Positions 9,910 through 17,825 of a stretch of DNA of 32,000 bases are shown here, in pieces; the stretch's first letter is position 1; each line of letters opens with the position of its first letter. The translations under genes were made by a program, and so were the position numbers. Source of the stretch: Candidatus Nitrosopumilus koreensis AR1 (GTDB taxonomy: Archaea; Thermoproteota; Nitrososphaeria; Nitrososphaerales; Nitrosopumilaceae); assembly GCF_000299365.1 (NCBI RefSeq), contig NC_018655.1:810001-842000 (forward strand). The letters are read 5' to 3'. Under the pieces are notes generated by a model, which worked only from the letters and a program-made list of their open reading frames with translations, ran no database searches and had not been told where the DNA came from.

Positions 9910-12127
9910 TAACTTCGGCTCCGTGGGACTTTCGCATAGATGCTAAACGCTTTTCTTTACCAGGTCTCACTACCAAAACATAAGCTGAAGCTAATAAATA
10001 AATTCCCAGTAAGACTATCTGGGCTACAACTGTTTCAAGGGTCGGATATATTCCAGTCATAGTTGCTAAATTAATATCCAATCTAGGAATAACACCTATC
10101 ATACCAGTGTAAGGGACAATTTCCAGCACTTGGAGTTCCCGGACAGCATTTCCTAAGAATGCTATTGACATGTATGCACCAACACCCATGGTCAATCCAA
10201 ATAATGCACGTAAAGGTAGTTTTCTTCCCAATTTTCTCATAACGTAATAAATCAAAAACAATGCACCCATGCCTGCAAGAAATCCTAGACCAACATATGC
10301 TTCCATATATTTTGCAAAGCCAGACATTGCCTGATAAAATAGAACAGTTTCAAATCCTTCTCGATATACGGTAAAGAATGACAACAAAACAAAAACCATC
10401 ACACTTCCTGTCGTTGTTGCTTGCCAGACTTTTGCTTTAACAAACTCCATCCATTTTTTATGTTCAATTTTATTCAAAACCCAGAAACTCACATAAAATA
10501 ACATTCCAGTAGCTGATAATGCTGCAATTGCTTCAATTAGCTCTCTATTTGCACCAGAGATTCCGATTACAAAGGATGCAATAAACCACGTTATGCCTGT
10601 AGCACCGATTGCTGCAACAATACCCCAGTAAACATGTTTTTTGAATCGATTGTTTCGTGACGCTTCCAGATATGTCAATATTGCACCCAGAATCAAAACG
10701 GATTCCAATCCTTCACGGAAGATGATTGCAAAGGATGATGAAAATGCAATTGCAGGTGCCAAAGTTCCAGTACCACTAACTAATCTTTCAGATTCATCCA
10801 TACTACGTTTGATAGCAATTGCAACTTCTTGGACTTGATCAAAATCAGCTTGTTCTTTGATCAGATTTCGTAATTGTGCAAATTGGAATTCAACCTCTAA
10901 AGTAAAATCAGGATCAATTGCACGTAAAGGAATTTCCACATATTCATAACTTTCGAGATATGCAGTCCTTGCAGAAGTGTAAGCTGATTGATAATCTTCG
11001 TTTTTGTATTGAACCAGCATTTCTTGAAGAGTGTCTCGAATAAAGTCAATCTCGCTTCTTACGCCTGATTTTTGGTCGTCAGTGGCATCACCCATTTCTT
11101 TAAGTTCTTTTTCAAGAGTAATGTTTGCCAGTCCTGCAGTTCCTAATTCTTGAACCTTTGCCTCAGCTGCACTAAGATCAGGCAAAATAGATTCTTCAAT
11201 GAATACTCTAATTACTCGAGGGTCTTGTTCATTTCTAATCATATCTCTTAATTCTTCTCGCATATCTAATTCTAAATCATACAATAATTGCGAGTCAACT
11301 TTCTCAATATCAGGTTCTAAATATTCAAAATTTTCAAGATATGCTTCAACACCTAAGTCTTCAGCTTTTTTATAATCTCCAGCATCAGTTGCGACAAGTA
11401 ATTCGCCATACAAACTTCGTATGTTTTCATAGAGTTTTTGTTTATCATATGCTACGGATTCATGACCTGCAAAATCTCGATTAATTGCAGTAATCAATGT
11501 GCCAACTGAGAGAAAGTCTTCTTTGTTGTTAATTTTATCTTTAAGTTCAACAAAAAACGAATTAATCTCTAATTGTAATCTTGCATCATAGTTTGTATTT
11601 GAAAATAATTCATAAGAGCGATTTACCAATTTTGAAGATAAATCATGCAAAGTCTGGTTTTCTTCAATTATTGCAATTTGATATTGTTCATCGACAATTG
11701 TTAACAGATATGCAATAGCTTTACCATAATTTGGATTATTAATTGAGTATTGAGGAAGTAATTTTTCAACTACTTCAATTTCAGAGATAATTTGTTGGTT
11801 ATCAATTGAACCTATTCCATTATGAATATCCAACAACATAATGTGAATCTCATCTGAAATTTCAGAATTATTTTGTCTTAAATTTTGTAAATGAGATGGA
11901 AAACTTTCAGCAGTAATTTTTGAAAGCAGTTTGGCATCTTCAATATGTCCAGCATTCAAATTCTCTTTGGTTAATTCCAATGTTTGAGAGACCAATTCAG
12001 ATACAATCAACGCCGAAGTGTCTGATTCAGAATAGTTTTGTGCATAAACATTGGTTTTTGGCACCAAAACAAGCACAATCAAACACAGAAAAAATAATCT
12101 AGCAAATTTCAACTGCGATGCAAACAA
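9902..12127 (-). CDS. FTR1-family iron/metal permease with ~480-residue extracytoplasmic N-terminal region (741 aa)
   Basis: TTG start; signal-like ARLFFLCLIVLVLVPKTNVYA; repeated helical module (DMREELRDMI); membrane domain with FREGLESVLILGAILTYLE and YREGFETVLFYQAMSG, the two REGxE-type motifs of FTR1. Confidence 0.92.
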   Translation of the reverse strand: MFASQLKFARLFFLCLIVLVLVPKTNVYAQNYSESDTSALIVSELVSQTLELTKENLNAGHIEDAKLLSKITAESFPSHLQNLRQNNSEISDEIHIMLLDIHNGIGSIDNQQIISEIEVVEKLLPQYSINNPNYGKAIAYLLTIVDEQYQIAIIEENQTLHDLSSKLVNRSYELFSNTNYDARLQLEINSFFVELKDKINNKEDFLSVGTLITAINRDFAGHESVAYDKQKLYENIRSLYGELLVATDAGDYKKAEDLGVEAYLENFEYLEPDIEKVDSQLLYDLELDMREELRDMIRNEQDPRVIRVFIEESILPDLSAAEAKVQELGTAGLANITLEKELKEMGDATDDQKSGVRSEIDFIRDTLQEMLVQYKNEDYQSAYTSARTAYLESYEYVEIPLRAIDPDFTLEVEFQFAQLRNLIKEQADFDQVQEVAIAIKRSMDESERLVSGTGTLAPAIAFSSSFAIIFREGLESVLILGAILTYLEASRNNRFKKHVYWGIVAAIGATGITWFIASFVIGISGANRELIEAIAALSATGMLFYVSFWVLNKIEHKKWMEFVKAKVWQATTTGSVMVFVLLSFFTVYREGFETVLFYQAMSGFAKYMEAYVGLGFLAGMGALFLIYYVMRKLGRKLPLRALFGLTMGVGAYMSIAFLGNAVRELQVLEIVPYTGMIGVIPRLDINLATMTGIYPTLETVVAQIVLLGIYLLASAYVLVVRPGKEKRLASMRKSHGAEVNV

Positions 12128-12170
12128 GATATTCGAAAATCTCTACTGTCTTTATTTAAAGCAGATTCTA

Positions 12171-12188
12171 ATTCTAAGTCTATAGAAT
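12171..12188. promoter_or_regulatory. candidate operator, inverted repeat ATTCTA-AGTCTA-TAGAAT upstream of the FTR1-family gene
   Basis: Perfect 6-bp arms with 6-nt spacer; identical arms and spacing to two other nearby intergenic sites. Confidence 0.65.
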
Positions 12189-12193
12189 GAAAA

Positions 12194-13765
12194 TTAAATC
12201 CTTAAACTTAATCTTGATTTTGATGTAATTGCTACAATACTAATGATTGAGACAACTAAAATCATAACTGCAATTGTTCCAAATTCAGGAACAACTTTTT
12301 TGGCAGAAGCCAAATCCATGAGAATTATATCAATTTGTGCATCTACTTCATCAGGAGAAGCATTATTTTTGATCATGTTTCTTAGATCTTCTCTCATATC
12401 AATTTCAATTTTTGACATTAATTCCATATCGACTTCTCCTAGAGGACCTTCAACAAATTCATAATTATCCAAGTATGCAGTACTCACTTGATCAAATGCC
12501 AATTGAGCATTTCCGTTTCTATAATTAACTTTTGCTTCATTGAGCAAGTATTCAATTTCATCAAAATATTCAAAAATATCAGTTTCAACTGCACCGCCAG
12601 CAAAACTTTCAAGATTTGCTATATTGTTGAGACTTTTTCCTACAAGAATACTAATTTTGGACGTACTGTCTTTTGATGAAATTATTTGTTCCATTTCAAT
12701 AAGATTAGAACCCAATGTTTGAGCATCAGATGGAGACAATTCCATTAATGCATCTTGGTTATCATCAAAGATTTCAGATGCTTTTGTTAAAAACGCAACA
12801 GTTTCATCATATTCTTCTTGATTAACTATTTGGCCATTTGTTACTGCATCAAGGTATTCAATTTCTACAAGATTAAGTCTATCTTTAATTCCAGATAACA
12901 CCAAACCTATTTCAGAAGAATCACTTCCTTCATATTCTCTAATAATTAAAGTGATTTCGTCAAGTACATGTTCAATTTCTTCTTTCATCATCTCTGAAGA
13001 TTTGTTTGACATTGTGATTTCTTTGATTTCATCCATCTCATGCAAAAGTTCTGCTGCTTTTTCAGCACCTAATTTTTCTTCAATTGCAGGATGCAGTGTT
13101 CTATAGTAATAATATCCCTCATATGCAAACTTTTGTGCATTTTTAACATCTCCTTCATCTAATGCAAAAATAGCTTCTTCAGGCTCTTCCAAGGTTTTAA
13201 GTTTAAAGATATCCAATAATCCCGATTTTAGAGAATCATAATATTCATCAATTTCATTAGGATCACTTGAAATTTCTTCAGCCATATGATGTAAGTCTGG
13301 ATATTTTTCAGATAGGCTAAATTTAGATTCTAAAACAGTAAACCAAGAAGAAAATGATTTGGAGTCTTTTGCATCTAATGCTTGCGCAACTTTAAGATAT
13401 GCAATTTTGTAAATTGTTTTATCAATAGCCTGTTTATTTAGAGATGCCATTTCAGTGTCACCAGAATTATGATTAGAAACAATCTCATCAAAAGCAGTTT
13501 CAATTATCAAATTACTTTCGGAATCTAATTCAATTGCTGCATCTTTGAAACTATTTTCATACGTTGCTCTTGCATCATTTACATGTGAAAGAGAATCTGA
13601 AACCGTTGATGCCTTTTCGCCATCAGAGAGAGAACTTTTGATAAAATTCCATTCATCTCCTAATGTTGCAGAAAATGCAATTGGTAAATATGCAACAAGT
13701 GAAATTACTAATAAAGCAAACATTACAGATTTTTGATTTTTCACAAGAACTGGCGTACTTTTCAA
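12194..13765 (-). CDS. secreted, PEFG-CTERM-anchored surface protein sharing the extracytoplasmic module of the neighbouring FTR1 protein (523 aa)
   Basis: Signal-like N-terminus SVMFALLVISLVAYLPIAFSA; C-terminus VVPEFGTIAVMILVVSIISIVAITSKSRLSLRI (PEFG motif, TM helix, basic tail); module ...VDMELMSKIEIDMREDLRNMIKN... resembles FTR1 neighbour ...VDSQLLYDLELDMREELRDMIRN... Confidence 0.88.
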   Translation of the reverse strand: MKSTPVLVKNQKSVMFALLVISLVAYLPIAFSATLGDEWNFIKSSLSDGEKASTVSDSLSHVNDARATYENSFKDAAIELDSESNLIIETAFDEIVSNHNSGDTEMASLNKQAIDKTIYKIAYLKVAQALDAKDSKSFSSWFTVLESKFSLSEKYPDLHHMAEEISSDPNEIDEYYDSLKSGLLDIFKLKTLEEPEEAIFALDEGDVKNAQKFAYEGYYYYRTLHPAIEEKLGAEKAAELLHEMDEIKEITMSNKSSEMMKEEIEHVLDEITLIIREYEGSDSSEIGLVLSGIKDRLNLVEIEYLDAVTNGQIVNQEEYDETVAFLTKASEIFDDNQDALMELSPSDAQTLGSNLIEMEQIISSKDSTSKISILVGKSLNNIANLESFAGGAVETDIFEYFDEIEYLLNEAKVNYRNGNAQLAFDQVSTAYLDNYEFVEGPLGEVDMELMSKIEIDMREDLRNMIKNNASPDEVDAQIDIILMDLASAKKVVPEFGTIAVMILVVSIISIVAITSKSRLSLRI

Positions 13766-13784
13766 GTATTATAACTAAATTATG

Positions 13785-13802
13785 ATTCTAAGAATTTAGA
13801 AT
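13785..13802. promoter_or_regulatory. candidate operator, inverted repeat ATTCTA-AGAATT-TAGAAT upstream of the PEFG-CTERM gene
   Basis: Same arms and spacer length as 12171-12188 and 14555-14574; adjacent to TATA-like TTTATA (about 13802-13807, minus strand). Confidence 0.65.
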
Positions 13803-13818
13803 ATAAATACGGATTTTA

Positions 13819-14169
13819 TTATAATGAAGATTTTGGATTATCTGTATTAGGATACAAGTTCAAACTGGGTTCAAGGTTATCTAATGTAATCTCAACTTTA
13901 CCTATTCTACTACGATATAGTTTGATTTTTTTTCCTTCTCGTGAAATTATGTATTTATCTACTTCAGCTAATGCAAGAACCTCGAGATTAGAGAGAGTCT
14001 TGTAAACTGTTGAAAGAGAAAGTTTCAATTCATCTGCAATTTGGGTTGCATCTTTTGATTCATTTTTCACAGAAAACAAAACAGCCCGAGTACAAACATT
14101 GCTTAATGATTCAATAATTTTTTGAGTAATATCAAATTCTGATAATTGAATTATGTTTGGTTTTGACAT
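13819..14169 (-). CDS. winged-helix transcriptional regulator (ArsR/TrmB-like), copy 2
   Basis: HTH segment ATQIADELKLSLSTVYKTLSNLEVLALAEV. Start moved from track position 14196 to MSKPNII at 14169, which fits its paralogue's N-terminus and avoids overlap. Confidence 0.85.
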   Translation of the reverse strand: MSKPNIIQLSEFDITQKIIESLSNVCTRAVLFSVKNESKDATQIADELKLSLSTVYKTLSNLEVLALAEVDKYIISREGKKIKLYRSRIGKVEITLDNLEPSLNLYPNTDNPKSSL

Positions 14170-14173
14170 ATCA

Positions 14174-14506
14174 TCACTTGTTTGGCAACAATACAAGAAC
14201 AGGTTCTGGTTTTTTTATAGATATATCCGCCTTGCTAATTCTGCTTCGGTACACTTTGTATTTTCTACCTTTGTCCGACAACATCCATTTTTCAACTTCA
14301 ATTAAGGTAAGTTCTTCAAGATCAGATAATTTTTTGTATACAGAACTAAGTGGAATTTTGAGTTTGTCAGAAAGTTCAGCCGCAGTATTTCCTTTTTTTA
14401 TGATTGAGAATAAGATTGCGCGAGATTCTGAATCAGCTAGTGCCTCAATTACTTTTTGAGTAATGTCATATTTTTTTAGTTGTGGCAAGGTTAATTTTCT
14501 GGACAT
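14174..14506 (-). CDS. winged-helix transcriptional regulator (ArsR/TrmB-like), copy 1
   Basis: HTH segment TAAELSDKLKIPLSSVYKKLSDLEELTLIEV; paralogous along its length to the 13819-14169 product. Confidence 0.87.
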   Translation of the reverse strand: MSRKLTLPQLKKYDITQKVIEALADSESRAILFSIIKKGNTAAELSDKLKIPLSSVYKKLSDLEELTLIEVEKWMLSDKGRKYKVYRSRISKADISIKKPEPVLVLLPNK

Positions 14507-14554
14507 ATTGTTGAAAAGTTATTTAGATGTATTTAAAACTAGATGAATCATTCT

Positions 14555-14574
14555 CATTCTAGAGATTTAGAATG
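14555..14574. promoter_or_regulatory. candidate operator, inverted repeat CATTCTA-GAGATT-TAGAATG upstream of the tandem regulators
   Basis: 7-bp perfect arms, 6-nt spacer; located just upstream of an AT-rich TATA-like TTTTAAATA for the 14506 gene. Confidence 0.65.
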
Positions 14575-14575
14575 A

Positions 14576-15307
14576 TTAGCTATAATATTGAGTGGTTTCT
14601 TTTTTAGTAGAAAAACGGTTCCAAAACAAACCAAGTATTACACCAATGGATACCCAAAATGATGTAACTCCAAGAACAGACATGATTCGAAACTCGTTAA
14701 CTAATGTCATGGGGGCTGTAATTTCATCAGGGTTTTCTGGCATTGCAAAGAACACACCAGTGATAAAAATACCATAACCGAATAAAGCAAGGATTTTTTT
14801 ATTATTTTGTAATTTCTTTGATAATTGATAAAATCCTACTGCTCCAAATCCAGAAATTGCAATAAATGACAAATACAGGATTGCTCGCAATACAACAGTT
14901 TCTCCATCTCCAACAGTTGGAGGATTTGCAGGGTATTTTAAGAAAGGTATCAAGTAAAGAGTCAACCACATAATTCCTGCCAACACAAGTGATTTTTTGA
15001 GATCGTTATTTCCAGGCAAAGAATTTCTAGATAGTGCAAAGACTATTCCAAACAAAGAGCCAACAGAGACACCAAGAATTACTCCTGCAAGAATCTGGCC
15101 ACCTTTTTGCCATGCTCGATATCCCTCATATTCTACCCAAAATTCAGGCGTGTCTTCTTCTTCACCAGAAGCAAAGAGATTCTGGTTTTCAATTCCAATT
15201 GCTTGATCAAGATAGGGTTCTACAATTGCAAAATTAACTGTCCCATGAATAAGACCTGCAAAGGCACCCGAGATTAAAACAATTATGATAAAAAGAGATG
15301 TTTTCAT
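14576..15307 (-). CDS. cbtA: CbtA-family predicted metal (cobalt) transporter subunit
   Basis: Multi-TM protein with GLIHGTVNFAIVEPYLDQAI, WVEYEGYRAWQKGGQILAGVILG, and YPANPPTVGD; followed upstream by CbtB-like gene. Confidence 0.85.
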   Translation of the reverse strand: MKTSLFIIIVLISGAFAGLIHGTVNFAIVEPYLDQAIGIENQNLFASGEEEDTPEFWVEYEGYRAWQKGGQILAGVILGVSVGSLFGIVFALSRNSLPGNNDLKKSLVLAGIMWLTLYLIPFLKYPANPPTVGDGETVVLRAILYLSFIAISGFGAVGFYQLSKKLQNNKKILALFGYGIFITGVFFAMPENPDEITAPMTLVNEFRIMSVLGVTSFWVSIGVILGLFWNRFSTKKETTQYYS

Positions 15308-15319
15308 GATTAAAGACTC

Positions 15320-15535
15320 CTAATGACAGGGAAATCCTGCAGCATGTCTCATATCATGAGTAAGTTCATGGATGTAAAGATCAGTAAATGCTTGTTCACC
15401 ATAAACTAGACTAAAGATGTGTCCTTGATCAAATCCAACAACAAACAATCCTGCTGCAAAGATTATACTCAATGCAATTATTGCAAGTTTAGGCACTTTT
15501 GTTTTTGACACATTAATTTGTCTTGTCTCAGACAT
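15320..15535 (-). CDS. cbtB: CbtB-family predicted metal (cobalt) transporter subunit
   Basis: Single TM helix GFDQGHIF followed by His-rich C-terminus YIHELTHDMRHAAGFPCH. Confidence 0.85.
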   Translation of the reverse strand: MSETRQINVSKTKVPKLAIIALSIIFAAGLFVVGFDQGHIFSLVYGEQAFTDLYIHELTHDMRHAAGFPCH

Positions 15536-15676
15536 GATGATAGCATCTGATGAATGTATTTAAGCTCTTGGATGATTTATCCAATTTATAAAAGAGTAAA
15601 AATTTGAGACAGAAAAGTTGTCAGTATTTGATCGGACATACATGAATATTATTACACAATATTATATTCTCATAGT

Positions 15677-16411
15677 GTGAATAGCATAGAAAGGAAATTA
15701 AACAATATTGATTATAATCAACAAATTTCCAAAATCATTGAAAGCAAGTTAATCGAGATATACGGAGTGAATGGATACAGATCAATTTTAAAAACTATTA
15801 TAGAAAATTCAAAAATATCAGAAAAAGAAATTGTTTCAGATTTTGAGTTATTCTCAAGGTTAATTCAAAAAGTATTTGGGCAAATGGGGATTAAAAAAAT
15901 GCTTGACCCAATTGAACATGAAATAAAGAATTTGAATATAACAAAGAAGCAAGAAAAAAGATTGTTAATTGCAGATGATGAATCAAGTATTTTGAAATTA
16001 TATCAAGTGTGGTTAGAGCATGAACACAATTATGTTGTTACAGTAGAAAATGGAAGAAAATGCGTAGAGATATTTAAAACTGAAAGCATAGTTCATTCAA
16101 AAGATTATTTTGATGCAGTTATACTTGATCTAAAAATGCCAAACATGTCAGGTATTGATGTTGCAAAAGAAATTCTAAGAATTAATCCCTCACAAAGAAT
16201 AATTTTTGCATCAGGAAATATTGAAAAGCCAATTAGACAATCAATAGCAAATCTTGGCAAGTTGGTAGAAGTGATTGAAAAGCCATTTTCAGTAAAAGAA
16301 TTAGAAATAATGATAAAGCAAAAAACAATTTTAGAAAAATCAAAAAATGATGAATGTGATCAGAGGATAATCAAAGACAATAAAACAGAAGAATCTTTAA
16401 TTTTAAAATGA
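15677..16411 (+). CDS. response regulator: helical N-terminal domain plus C-terminal receiver domain, no recognisable output domain
   Basis: Receiver motifs LLIADDESS, DAVILDLKMPNMSGIDVAKEI, FASGN, IEKPFS. Confidence 0.88.
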   Translation: MNSIERKLNNIDYNQQISKIIESKLIEIYGVNGYRSILKTIIENSKISEKEIVSDFELFSRLIQKVFGQMGIKKMLDPIEHEIKNLNITKKQEKRLLIADDESSILKLYQVWLEHEHNYVVTVENGRKCVEIFKTESIVHSKDYFDAVILDLKMPNMSGIDVAKEILRINPSQRIIFASGNIEKPIRQSIANLGKLVEVIEKPFSVKELEIMIKQKTILEKSKNDECDQRIIKDNKTEESLILK

Positions 16412-16443
16412 GAATTAATAAATTTTAGATATCTCAGGGTATA

Positions 16444-17086
16444 ATGGGTAAAAACAACTGAAAAAAATATTCAAACACTGCAAAACATCGTATCAAGAAA
16501 AGGTTCTAGCAAAGTACTCACATTCAGCATTCCACATGTATTCAAAGCATTACAATTACTATCAGACCAAAAGTTTGTGAGTCGAGCAACTTTTGGAAAA
16601 GAAATTCATTTGGGGGAAGGTGCAGTAAAAACACTGATTTCACACCTAAAAGAGGCAGAAATGATCAAGTCAGTAAGATCAGGGAATTTTCTCACAGACA
16701 AAGGAAAAAAATTTACATCACAATTACAAAAAACTATTCCAAATGAATGCATGATTGGAAAAAACAGTCTAACTCAGAGTAAAAACAATCATGCAGTTAT
16801 TCTCAAAAAATATGCTGCTGCAGTAAATACAGGATTAGAACAAAGAGATTATGCTATAATGTATGGTTCATCAGGTTGCATAACACTCGTATTTAAAAAC
16901 GACAAATTTGTTTTCCCCAAAGAAGATAAGGATTGTCTATCCAAAGATAAAAAGACAAAACAAATTCTTTTAGAAAAATTAAACCCATCAGACGGAGACA
17001 TAGTCATTATTTCATCATCTGATGATCCATTTGTTGCAGAAATATCTGCCAAAAATTCTGCACTTTGGACGATTGCTACAAATTAA
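16444..17086 (+). CDS. winged-helix DNA-binding-like protein, possibly DUF4443-like; 5' end appears frameshifted
   Basis: Track ORF starts at GTG 16577, but the same frame stays open to 16445 and encodes ...TLQNIVSRKGSSKVLTFSIPHVFKALQLLSDQKFVSRATFG. Removing one A from the A5 run (16450-16454) joins ATG 16444 to this frame. Confidence 0.7.
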
Positions 17087-17121
17087 AGAAGACTTTTACT
17101 TGCATTCAAAAAAAATCCTAC

Positions 17122-17766
17122 ATGAACAAAGTTTTTCTTCTGCTTATTCCTGTTGCAATAGGAATTATTGCAGGCAGTTTCTTGGCATTTTATCCAGAGT
17201 CAGAAAATAATTCTAAAAAATTAACAGCATCAAATCTTATTGAGGGAGGATCTCCAGCATTAGGAGACAGCAATGCTCCAATTACCATTTTGGAGTGGGG
17301 AGATTACCAATGCACATTTTGTTATAAATTTCACCAAAACACATTAGATGTGATAAACGATGATTTTATAAAAACGGGCAAGGTAAAACTTGTTTTCAAA
17401 GACTTTCCACTCAACGGCCCAGACTCAATATTAGCTGCAGAGGCATCATATTGTGCAGGAGATCAAGGAAAATACTGGCAATATCACAATGAGCTTTACA
17501 AGAATTGGGGAGGAGAAAGAACAGGTTGGGTCACCAGAGATTCATTAGACAGTTTTGCATCTACGGTAAACTTAGATTTAGAAACATTCAACAAATGTCT
17601 TGATGAGCACAAATATCAAAACAAAGTTAATGCATTATATGATTTAGGAAGAGAAATTGGAATTGATGCTACACCTTCATTTTTGGTATTCAATGATGAG
17701 AAAATAATCAAGATAAGAGGCAACCAACCACTAGAGACATTCCTCAAAACATTTAATGAGTTATGA
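17122..17766 (+). CDS. membrane-anchored DsbA-family thiol oxidoreductase
   Basis: Signal anchor MNKVFLLLIPVAIGIIAGSFLAF; thioredoxin-fold EWGDYQCTFCYKFH (CTFC) and late cis-Pro IDATPSFLVF. Start refined from track TTG 17065. Confidence 0.9.
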   Translation: MNKVFLLLIPVAIGIIAGSFLAFYPESENNSKKLTASNLIEGGSPALGDSNAPITILEWGDYQCTFCYKFHQNTLDVINDDFIKTGKVKLVFKDFPLNGPDSILAAEASYCAGDQGKYWQYHNELYKNWGGERTGWVTRDSLDSFASTVNLDLETFNKCLDEHKYQNKVNALYDLGREIGIDATPSFLVFNDEKIIKIRGNQPLETFLKTFNEL

Positions 17767-17825
17767 TCAACACCATACAAAACAATCAATCAAAATTAAT
17801 ATCCGCATAGCTTGGAGTAAGCACG

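Noticed and set aside
10641-12722. Plus-strand ORFs 10641..10838, 11920..12102, 12243..12464, 12488..12676 and 12540..12722
   Set aside because: Shadow ORFs opposite the FTR1 and PEFG-CTERM genes.
14157-15237. Plus-strand ORFs 14157..14459, 14592..14777, 14997..15206 and 15034..15237
   Set aside because: Opposite the winged-helix regulator and CbtA frames, which have recognisable motifs.
15536-15676. Possible fourth copy of the ATTCTA-N6-TAGAAT operator upstream of cbtB
   Set aside because: Only a weak ATTCTC...GTGAATA similarity is present; arms and spacing do not match. There is a TATA-like TTTATAAA on the minus strand instead.
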